Shown here one piece after another: positions 38,801 to 49,900 of a DNA stretch of 64,000 bases. Numbering within the stretch: position 1 is the first letter of the stretch; each line of letters opens with the position of its first letter. The stretch is taken from NCBI GenBank assembly GCA_002269645.1, contig NIVC01002851.1:1-64000 (forward strand), given 5' to 3'. The translations under genes and the position numbers were made by a program. The DNA is from Macrostomum lignano (taxonomy: Eukaryota). The notes under the pieces are model-generated. The model searched no databases. It had not been told where the DNA came from and saw nothing but the letters and a program-made list of their open reading frames with translations.

Positions 38801-39919
38801 TCAACAATCTTGTTAATGAGGGAGATTCAACAATCAATTCAACAATCTTGTTAATGAGGGAGATTCAACAATCTTGTTAATGACGGAGATTCAACAATCA
38901 ATTCAACAATCTTGTTAATGAGGGAGATTCAACAATCAATTCAACAATCTTGTTAATGACGGAGATTCAACAATCAATTCAACAATCTTGTTAATGACGG
39001 AGATTCAACAATCAATTCAACAATCTTGTTAATGAGGGAGATTCAACAATCTTGTTAATGACGGAGATTCAACAATCAATTCAACAATCTTGTTAATGAG
39101 GGAGATTCAACAATCAATTCAACAATCTTGTTAATGAGGGAGATTCAACAATCAATTCAACAATCTTGTTAATGACGGAGATTCAACAATCAATTCAACA
39201 ATCTTGTTAATGACGGAGATTCAACAATCAATTCAACAATCTTGTTAATGACGGAGATTCAACAATCAATTCAACAATCTTGTTAATGACGGAGATTCAA
39301 CAATCAATTCAACAATCTTGTTAATGAGGGAGATTCAACAATCAATTCAACAATCTTGTTAATGACGGAGATTCAACAATCAATTCAACAATCTTGTTAA
39401 TGAGGGAGATTCAACAATCAATTCAACAATCTTGTTAATGACGGAGATTCAACAATCAAGTAGAGAAATATGGGGTCGAACGAAATATCGATGATATTTC
39501 CGCTTCTAAAACACAGGAAGTTTGCAGTACCTGACGGCCAGTCGGATAAGAAGGCTCCACGGAAAGCCTGTCGTTTCGCAATGAGCACCAGCACCCAGAA
39601 TCTCACCTGTCAAGATGACGATGCACTACTGCCAGCGCTGGTCCGTTTCCCGCTAGTTTCGTTGGCTAATAATTACGACGCCAGGGCGTATCCATGCGCA
39701 CCGCCTCGCGACGCCGATACGGACTTTGATGAACTAATTAACAGCGAAGAATCCAAAGCGGATATTGATCCTAATGCATTTGATAAAAAATTCCAAATTC
39801 TCTTAGCTGGCCTGGGCATTTTTGCTGGCTGTCTGGTGGCAATGCTTGGCTTAGCAATTGCTGCGCAGATTCGCGACTATACCTATTCTGAGCTTATCGA
39901 GGTTAATGAGAATAGTTGA
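35864..39919 (+). CDS. CUB + C-type lectin-like type I membrane protein (receptor 2)
   Basis: Exons 35864-35912 (signal MCLRLTVAFISILSLM), 36998-37309 (YTQNLDCKWIL), 37863-37944 (82 nt, LKWCSN), 38067-38335 (VQFKS...GIEFKA, YCEHG..KGWCYF), 38483-38633 (PLDL..LVWIG) and about 39464-39919 (TM ILLAGLGIFAGCLVAMLGLAIAA). The last junction is ambiguous: either a phase-2 acceptor at 39465 or a phase-0 donor at 38596. Confidence 0.7.
36045..36835. repeat. 24-bp minisatellite (cccatgaacccaaccccaatgtca) in intron 1 of receptor 2
   Basis: About 33 units between donor 35913 and acceptor 36997. Stop-free in several frames. Confidence 0.9.
37340..37785. repeat. About 20-bp purine-rich minisatellite (gtagagataagagtaggga), intronic
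   Basis: Tandem array after donor 37310. Confidence 0.9.
38345..38478. repeat. (TGTC)/(TATC) microsatellite filling intron 4 of receptor 2
   Basis: Visible array between donor 38336 and acceptor 38482. Confidence 0.85.
38665..39458. repeat. 38-bp minisatellite (gagggagattcaacaatcaattcaacaatcttgttaat), intronic
   Basis: About 21 units running up to the acceptor near 39463. Confidence 0.95.
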
Positions 39920-40931
39920 CTCTAGATGGGCCCAAAGATACTAAAGTGACTCAGGCATGTATTACTTTGCAAAACAGCTTTCGACTTTCAATTTGACACA
40001 GCAGTAAAGAATAATGCATAAGCTATTTTACGAGTATAAAAACCAAGGCAGCTGAAATGACTTTGATAAGTTTAGAAGCCCAAAGCTTACAGACGTAAAC
40101 AACTTGCTAATTGGTTTAGCAGTAATGTACATTGGCCAGTCCACTGAAATGTACATGGCAGCTTTAGGCTGGAATTCCGAGAAAGGCAATAAAAATTGGG
40201 GACGGGACGGAGGGGGTATGTTAAGGGTTTAAGCTAGGGGTCAGAGCCAATAAATGAGCCTTGGCTTTAAAATACATTAAAATGCTTCTGTTTAACTTAC
40301 TACTTAACTGAAAGTAGCTTACACGCAAATGTGCCGAGTGGGCCATCTGGTTATTCTACTATCTGTGGATGTGACTAACAAGCATCTGACAAGTGGAGAG
40401 TTCAAAGTTTTATTTACAGCTCAGCATTTCCCCCTTTTTTAAAGAAATTGTCAATTTTATATTTTTTTAATATATTTCGTTTCAAAAGCTCTTTTGTATT
40501 GGCCCAATTCAGTTTGAGAATATTTAGGCGTATATATACTACTAATATGTAAGTGGTCCATTTATGGATTTTTTGTCTAATTATTGTCTTTTTCTTTTTT
40601 GATTGACAAAGTTTTTTGATATGCAACAATAATACACTAGTCTATGTATAGTTTATTATTTCAGTTTATTTTCTATATAGCCTATGTAGTAGATGACTGT
40701 CTAATTTGATAAAAAAATATAGGAAAAATTATCAAATTTCAGCTTTAATCAGATAAGTCCACTGGACAAGTCTTTTCTAGCATCCTCTACAACTGGTCAA
40801 TGTTAGAGATACTGACCTTGGACATTGTAAGTATTTCAATTTCCTTATCATATTGCATTATTTTATCTTTAATGACTTTACATATATTAATTCAATTGAC
40901 AATGTTACCTTCTACCAACTGCCCTTAGATC

Positions 40932-43900
40932 ATGGATCTAGATCACGGCTTGATAATACTTTGCTGCTTCATCCAGTAAGTTAACCATCTACCTCTCCTT
41001 ACCCCTAAACTGACTTGTTGTCTATCCTAACCCATTTAGATTTAGCTGACCTAATATCCACTCTGACCCACTTATCTGACCAATTATCCATTCTGACCCA
41101 CTTATCTGACTAATTATCCATTCTGACCCACTTATCTGACCTATTATCCATTCTGACCCACTTATCTGATTAATTATCCATTCTGACCCACTTATCTGAC
41201 CAATTATCCATTCTGACCCACTTATCTGACCAATTATCCATTCTGACCCACTTATCTGACTAATTATCCATTCTGACCCACTTATCTGACCTATTATCCA
41301 TTCTGACCCACTTATCTGATTAATTATCCATTCTGACCCACTTATCTGACCAATTATCCATTCTGACCCACTTATCTGACTAATTATCCATTCTGACCCA
41401 CTTATCTGACCAATTATCCATTCTGACCCACTTATCTGACCAATTATCCATTCTGACCCACTTATCTGACTAATTATCCATTCTGACCCACTTATCTGAT
41501 TAATTATCCATTCTGACCCACTTATCTGACCAATTATCCATTCTGACCCACTTATCTGACTAATTATCCATTCTGACCCACTTATCTGATTAATTATCCA
41601 TTCTGACCCACTTATCTGACCAATTATTCATCCTGACCCACTTATCTGACCAATTATCCATCCTGACCCACTTACCTGACAAATTATCCATCCTGACCCA
41701 CTTACCTGACCAATTATCCACTCTGACCCACTTATTTGACCAATTATCCATCCTGACCCACTTACCTGACCTATTATCAATCCTGACCCACTTACCTGAC
41801 CTATTATCAATCCTGACCCACTTACCTGACCTATTATCAATCCTGACCCACTTACCTGACCTATTATTCATCCTGACCCACTTACATGACCTATTATTTA
41901 TCCTGACCCACTTAGCTAATATATAATCCTACTTGACCCACTTACCTGACCCACCTATCCTTCCCGATCCCATCCAGTCTGAGTGCTGCAGCTTTCCACT
42001 ACTGCGTAAAAGACGGCATCGAGAAGTCCAGCAGTCTCCGCCCGGAAATTGACCAGCCAGAGCAGGTTCGCGCCTATCTGAATGACAAACTGGAATCTGA
42101 ACGAGCAATCGGACCGCTGAACTGCAAATGGGAGTTTAAAATAGCGGGAATGCAGCCCGGTAGACCAATGCAGCTGGCTTTGAAAGCGAAAATGTTAACA
42201 AATAACTCCGGACAGACTGCTGGCTGTAGGGAGACGCGAATGACCTACTCTATGTCTGAGCCTCTGTGCAATGGTGAGTTTATGGAATGGCCAGGGCATT
42301 TGCTAATACTAGCTCAATTATTATTGCAATTTAGTGTAAAACTCTTACAATTACTCTTGCCCTGCCCATTGAGCCAATTGGCATCTCAGCAACTCCTCCC
42401 CATTGAGCCAATTGGCATCTCAGCAACTCCCCCCATTGACCCAATTGGCATCTCAGCAACTCCCCCTCATTGAGACAATTGGCATCTCAGCAAATCCCCA
42501 TTGAGCCAATTGGCTTCTCAGCAACTCCTCATTGAGCCAATTGGCATCTCAGCAACTCCCACATTGAGCCAATAGGCATCTCAGCAACTCCCCCATTGAG
42601 CCAATTGGCATCTCAGCAACTCCCCCTCATTGAGCCAATTGGCATCTCAGCAAATCCCCATTGAGCCAATTGGCATCTCAGCAAATCCCCATTGAGCCAA
42701 TTGGCTTCTCAGCAAAGATTTGTAGGACTCAGCGAGTCCTACAAATCTTTCTCCAATAGTCGCAGTACGGTACAAGAAAAGAAAGAACACAGGTGAAAAC
42801 GAACCGAATAGATTTAGAGAGTGATAATCCTAGTTCAAGAATGCCTAAATTTGGTTGACTCGACGATTTAATTAAATTTAATAAAGTTACAAGATTCTTA
42901 ACGTAATTCGCGGCGCAGATAATTCGAACTGATGATAATAGCGATACAACGATTAATAATAGTAAATTACGCAATTGGCAAGCGGATCTCAGCTGAAGAA
43001 GAAGAGGAACCGAACACGACCACGGAGAAGACTTCTAACCCCTGGCCTAAACCAGAACCTACACTCAAACGAGAGCCCTGCCGAATTGACCGTTCAACGG
43101 AGCACTGACTAAGTTCTATCAGCGCTGCCCTTCAGTGTAACACTGAGGCCCTCTGGGTCGAGGTCACGTACTTGGTCAGATCCGACAGTCTCTATCTAAA
43201 CCGCGCTTGATAGCGACGACTTCAGACAGAAATTTGCCGTAGACGTTACGCTACAAGACTGAAGCGGTCGGGCAGGGAGTAAAACACGGACCGGGGTGAC
43301 GAACTCAGGCGCCTCAAAGCGCGAAAACAAGGCAAAACAGCCGGGAAGTGGAACAAAACCAAAAGCCGGGGCGAGGAGGGGGAGAGAAGTGAGATCCGAT
43401 TGCCAAACACACTTTCATATATAGTCATTGTCAGACCCTCAAAACCCCCCCCTCAAGCCGGGTGGTGGTCGTCTGGTCGGCCGCTCGCTAAGCTGATTTG
43501 CACTGTGCAAAATAAACTCTAACTAGAAAAAAAGTACATTGAAAACGTGACTAAATTAAAGCAAAATACAATAATTATCAACTATAACACAGAAGCTAAC
43601 TAGCTAATAAAATTCAGAAATTACACAAAAGATGCTCACACTACAACCCTGACAAATTTGAACTCAATTTTGACGAATTATTGCCATTAGTCTATTTAAC
43701 TATCCCTAACGATTATTTTGTATAACGTTAAAAGTCGGAACTTTTTTTCTGAAAAAAAGAAACTTTTATTACATTTCAAAGGTTTTGAATCCCGAAACAC
43801 GTTTAGCTGGTGTAGTAAAGACACCGCACCTCCTATTTTGGTTACGATACCAGTTATTAATGGGTAATTATGTTTAGTTTATATAATTTTCTTATTTATT

Positions 43901-46900
43901 TTAAAGCCTCTATCTTTTTTTTAAGTTCATAAATTGCGTCATAAATTTCGCTCGTAGTAACTTTGATGTGGCTGTTTTTCGGAATAAACAGAGAATACAG
44001 CACAACAACGTTGTTATCGTTACACCAATAACCAGCACAAGCACTATCAATTATTATATGTTGCAAGCCATCGATCGGTAGGGGCTTTCAATCATTGATC
44101 AAAAAGAGTATAAGAGAGACATAGAGTGTGAAATTCAAGTATCGCTTTTCGACTATCTAAATGAGACTTGAGTCTAACAAATGGATCAATTCATATGTAC
44201 TTCATACAAACCAGCACGAGAGCTATAAACATACACGCAGCAACATTGTAAAGTCGCCACTCTATGCGCCAGTGAGCAATTTCTCTTGGACTATTCTGAA
44301 ATAACAGATACGAGAAAACTGATCGGGGTAGCCTTAATCCGTCCAACCCTCGCACACCGCCCCCCTTCTCATTCCTCAACTCAAGTCTGCCGCGGCGTAG
44401 CTAAGTCGCGTCACTCGCAAAGATTGAGAGACTCTTTACTTGCACTCTCAAAATTGGCGACCACAGACCGAATCTTCTGTGATGGGGACTTTTCGATGTT
44501 GCTGAGTATATACCATAGACTATGAATGGAGATTGGAGAATCAAATCGCAGTTTGTAGCATTTTTAGCATTTCAAGTCACTTTTCCTAGGCATATTAATC
44601 GATTAATTTCCATTCGATCAGTCTCGTATTGACAGTCTGTTGTCTCATTTATTTATTGTCTATGGTTTATACTGGCGTAGTCTATGGCCATATATTTGTC
44701 TTAGCCTGGTTTGTATAGGAATCGTATGGAGTCTCGTTTTCTTTGACTAAAGCCTCATTTAGTGTCAAAAGCAATACTTATAGTAGTATTTTAGCACTCA
44801 CTCTAGTATGTACGAGCTATATATATGATTTGTAATCTACAATCAGACGCACACCTAACACTGACACCTAACACCTAACACTAACCCAAAATTAGCAAGT
44901 CAAAGCAAAAATCAATAAAGCAGTAAAAGTGAATTTTTACACTTATAGCAAACAGGTTTGCGGGCCACTCATAGGAAGCTTTTTTGTTTCGTGTTTCTTC
45001 CGTTTTGCTGTGTTGGACTGTGGCTGCCTGTTGTGCTTGCCAGTATTGTTGAATGTAGTTTTCCTTTTGGCTATCAATAGTTTTACTATAATGGCATCGT
45101 GTATTTTGTTCTATTAAATGTTGATACTAATTTTTAACCATTGTTAGTTGACAATTAAAGATTCGTTACTGGCCTTAGACAAGTATGAGCCAATCATCAC
45201 TACTAATAATGTGACGGATCGCTTCTTTATATCTTCCTACATCTGTATTCCTGCTTGTGTTCTATGTTATGTACTAGCAATAGTTCACAAAATTATTTAA
45301 CGGAATGGCTTGACTAGTACACAAAACACTCTCGCACCTTGCATCTCTGATTACAATATTAGAATCACTTTGATTGTGCTTTTAGCTAATCACTAACAAC
45401 AGCCTCTCAGATCCCAGATGCTCAGATCAGCAACTATTATTTTAACAATGCCCACATTTGAACCTTTGTCAGCACGAACGTCCTGACGGTGTCCTATCAC
45501 CGAGCAGCTAGCGACAGCATGACTGGCATCCAAGAGCTGACGGTCAGCGTGCCCAAGCCCGGCTACTGTGGTCGCGATTGGCTGGCCTTCAATGGCCGCT
45601 GTTTCTTCATCTCGTCTAAACCGATTGCGTTGAAAGAAATTGACGAAGCTTGGATGAAGTATCGGGCACCTCGTCTGGCTGTATTTGAGAATTCAACTGA
45701 GATCAAGGCGTTTCTATTGGCTAGTAAGCATTTCTCATGTTTTTGCGTTATTAAGACTTGCTTGTTTGTTTGCATCCTTTGTGTGAATCTCTATCTACCT
45801 AACTCATCCCTTTATAAGAAGTCTACCTGACACACCTTGATGAGAATCGCCCTCTACCTGATACACATCTTAATAAGAGTCATCCTCTACCTTGATGAGA
45901 ATCACCCTCTACCTGATGCACATCTTAATAAGAGTCATCCTCTACCTTGATGAGAATCACCCTCTACCTTGATGAGAATCACCCTCTACCTTGATGAGAA
46001 TCACCCTCTACCTTGATGAGAATCACCCTCTACCTTGATGAGAATCGCCCTCTACCTGATACACATCTTAATAAGAGTCATCCTCTACCTGAATGTGAAT
46101 CACCCTCTACCTTGATGAGAATCACCCTCTACTAGAAGAGTCATCCTCTACCTTGATGAGAATCACCATCTTCCTTGATGAGAATCACCCTCTACCTTGA
46201 TGAGAATCACCCTCTACCTGATACACATCTTAATAAGAGTCATCCTCTACCTGAATGTGAATCACCCTCTACCTTGATGAGAATCACCCTCTACTAGAAG
46301 AGTCATCCTCTACCTTGATGAGAATCACCCTCTACCTTGATGAGAATCACCCTCTACCTTGATGAGAATCACCCTCTACCTTGATGAGAATCACCCTCTA
46401 CCTTGATGAGAATCGCCCTCTACCTGATACACATCTTAATAAGAGTCATCCTCTACCTGAATGTGAATCACCCTCTACCTTGATGAGAATCACCCTCTAC
46501 TAGAAGAGTCATCCTCTACCTTGATGAGAATCACCATCTTCCTTGATGAGAATCACCCTCTACCTTGATGAGAATCACCCTCTACCTGATACACATCTTA
46601 ATAAGAGTCATCCTCTACCTGAATGTGAATCACCCTCTACCTTGATGAGAATCACCCTCTACTAGAAGAGTCATCCTCTACCTTGATGAGAATCACCATC
46701 TTCCTTGATGAGAATCACCCTCTACCTTGATGAGAATCACCCTCTACCTTGATGAGAATCACCCTCTACCTGATACACATCTTAATAAGAGTCATCCTCT
46801 ACCTTGATGAGAATCGCCCTCTACCTTGATGAGAATCACCCTCTACCTTGATGAGAATCACCCTCTACCTTGATGAGAATCACCCTCTACCTTGATGAGA

Positions 46901-49900
46901 ATCACCCTCTACCTTGATGAGAATCACCCTCTACCTTGATGAGAATCACCCTCTACCTTGATGAGAATCACCCTCTACCTGATACACATCTTAATAAGAG
47001 TCATCCTCTACCTGAATGTGAATCACCCTCTACCTTGATGAGAATCACCCTCTACTAGAAGAGTCATCCTCTACCTTGATGAGAATCACCATCTTCCTTG
47101 ATGAGAATCACCCTCTACCTTGATGAGAATCACCCTCTACCTGATACACATCTTAATAAGAGTCATCCTCTACCTTGATGAGAATCGCCCTCTACCTTGA
47201 TGAGAATCACCCTCTACCTTGATGAGAATCGCCCTCTACCTTGATGCGAATCACCCTCTACCTTGATGAGAATCGCCCTCTACCTGATACACATCTTAAT
47301 AAGAGTCATCCTCTACCTTGATGAGAATCGCCCTCTACCTTGATGAGAATCACCCTCTACCTTAATGAGAATCGCCCTCTACCTAGATGAGAATCACCCT
47401 CTACCTTAATGAGAATCGCCCTCTACCTGATACATATCTTAACAAGAGTCACCCTCTACCTTGATGAGAATCACCCTCTACCTAGATGAGAATCACCCTC
47501 TACCTTAATGAGAATCATCCCCACGTTAATGAAAATCGTCCCATAATGTGATTTTTTGTTTTTTAGCTCACCGGACCAAAGCTTCATACGAGTATGTCAA
47601 CAAAGTAATTTTGTCATCAGCTCTTCTGTTGATCAAATGTATTTTTTCCTAGAAGTGAACATTTATGGTCCGGGGTTTGCATGCATAAATTGTATTATCT
47701 ATATAGAATTTTATATGTTGTGATCCTTCCAAAAAGACTATGGAATTTTCGCACTAATCTGTATTTTTTCATTTATAAAAGCAACTTGCTGACCTACAGT
47801 TAGCAACTAAAAGGGATCTAAAACAATTTCTGTAAAAACCTTGTCATAAACCTTACTATTGGAAGTTCCTTTTTACTAGTGACGTTATTAGTTCCTACCG
47901 TCGCGCATTAATTAGCGTGGTTTTTTATAAACTGCAGCATCGTGTCTGCAATTCTGCAAACCGGAGGAACCACGCATCCAAGCAACTTTGACTCCTTATT
48001 AGAATAAGTGGAAAAAGGCATCCGACCGTTTGTTGCAATTTCGGAAATTTCCGGTGTCGCGTCGCTGCAGGAGTCAAGGCAGATAGTGTTGCAGCGCGAT
48101 GCGGTTTTGGGTAAACGGCAAGAGTAACTATGACTTATCAAGCCTAGATGCCTCGTCATCTAATTAGTACTTTGCCTGCATTCGATACGAAAGATAACAT
48201 GTTCTGTGTCGCGTCGCGTTTTTGAGCTACAATTTTAGACTCCGTGTTGCGCGTCCACAGGTTTTCTACACTTAATCCAATAGGGCTTTGAGTTCGGCTT
48301 TGGTAAAATGGTCCAGCTCAGTTTGTAGGATGACATCGAGCTCCTTTCCTCTTTTGCTTCATTCTGGAAGAAGAAGAAGTCAATAGGCGCAAGGTCCGGC
48401 GAATATGCCGGGTGTGGCAGCTGGACAAGCTGCGTCGCCCACAGAAGCTCTTTACAGAGTAAAGAAGCAGGGGCTGTGTGCACCCTGGCGCACTTTAAGC
48501 GACATTGTCACACAACCGGCGAGAGGCATTACTGCCCATTCTGCTGACTCCCCCCTGAGCAGGCACACAAGCGTGCGGATGCGTATGCATGCGTATGCAT
48601 ATGCACAGGAGTGTACAGCGGCCCTAACTTTATTTATCGTTTAGGCATGTACACTTCGCTGTGCCTTGGGAGTTGACCTTCGATGAGCGGTTATTGCACG
48701 AGCAGAGCCCAAAGCCGAGATTCCAATTTAGCCGCAAATTAATGTGACTGCACTTGGACTCGAGCTACAGCCTGGCTAACGTCTTTTTGGCTACGGCTCC
48801 TCTGCAGAAGCTCCCTGGTCGCTCCACAGTTGTTAAGAGTTGTTGTCCCTGTGGAAGAAGATGCCTCTATCGAGGGTCGGCGGCCGCTTCTGCGCTAACG
48901 CTTGCAGGACCAAGATGGCCGCCATCAGCGTCGGAATTTTAGCTGAGCATCGTCAAATGTTGACCTCAAGTTTCCTTACTAGTGGGAATGCTTTCAACCA
49001 ACTTTGAGCACGAGGTCGGTGAAATCTGGTCAGCGCTCAGTTGGGGGCCCATCACAAGCTCGAAAAATCACATTTTCAAAAAGAATCCACCATCACAAGC
49101 TCGAAAAGTCATAAGCTCGAAAAATCATATCGTCGAAAACTGGTTTAGCAACCATCATCACAAGCTCGAATAGGGTTAGGGTTAGTGCTTGTGCCTTAAG
49201 GTAGGGTTTAGCAAGGTTGGGGTTGGGGTTAGAGCTTGTGTCTTAGGGTTAGGGTTAGTGCCTTGGGGTTAGGGTTAGAGCTTGTGCCTTTTCAAGCTTG
49301 TGATGGTGGTTGCTAAATAAGTTTTCGACGATGTGATTTTTCGAGCTTATGATGGCGACCCGCTGAGTTGCGACCCAGCGAGCCGAGGCTCTCGTGCAGA
49401 ATCTTAACGATGGTCCAATTTGATCGATGCCCAGAGGCTGCTCAGAGAGCCAACTTGATTGGCTCTCGTGAGGTTCGTCGTCCAGAGTGTGCCTTGACTC
49501 TGAAGGGCCTCCCTAAAGAGTCTGGTAGCACGCTGTAGTGGAATTTCCCAGGCAAAATGGCTAATTATACTTCCGTCGCATGCTACTTTGTCAGTAGAAC
49601 GTAAACGAAGAAAAATTATGAAGCATCTGTAATATGAAGCAATACGACAATATGTTCAAAAATGCTTTTCAACTAGAAAACACAATTTGCACACTACAAT
49701 AGTTTTTTCTACTTAAATTCTTATACTCTACCTCATAAATTCTCGGTATAAATATGTGATTGGTAAAATGAATGCAGCTAATGAAAAATGTAAATTTTCA
49801 AATTTAAAACTTCAGATCAGATCAAAAGGATCACGAAGCTTTTCTAGTACAGTGTAAAGCCAAGAGTTCATGTTTCTGAATCTCTGTTGAAGTGACTTCT

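Larger units (their letters stand above)
48235..49560 (-). pseudogene. Mariner (DD34D) transposase remnant interrupted by a SINE and a MITE
   Basis: Minus-strand fragments in the expected order: TIVKILHESLG / SARWV (about 49400), QLSADQ (about 49030), QKRPP...GIFFHRDN (about 48870), TRELL and LPHPAYSPDLAPIDFF (about 48400). Confidence 0.8.

Noticed and set aside
38665-47520. Regularly spaced repeats as possible CRISPR arrays
   Set aside because: The units are head-to-tail with no unique spacers, the context is eukaryotic and there are no cas genes.
47560-47720. Possible extra exon(s) of receptor 3 (THRTKASYE / SEHLWSG)
   Set aside because: Exon 4 joins exon 5 at 51017 in phase and matches the paralog's exon structure (PLDL motif), so no extra exon is needed.
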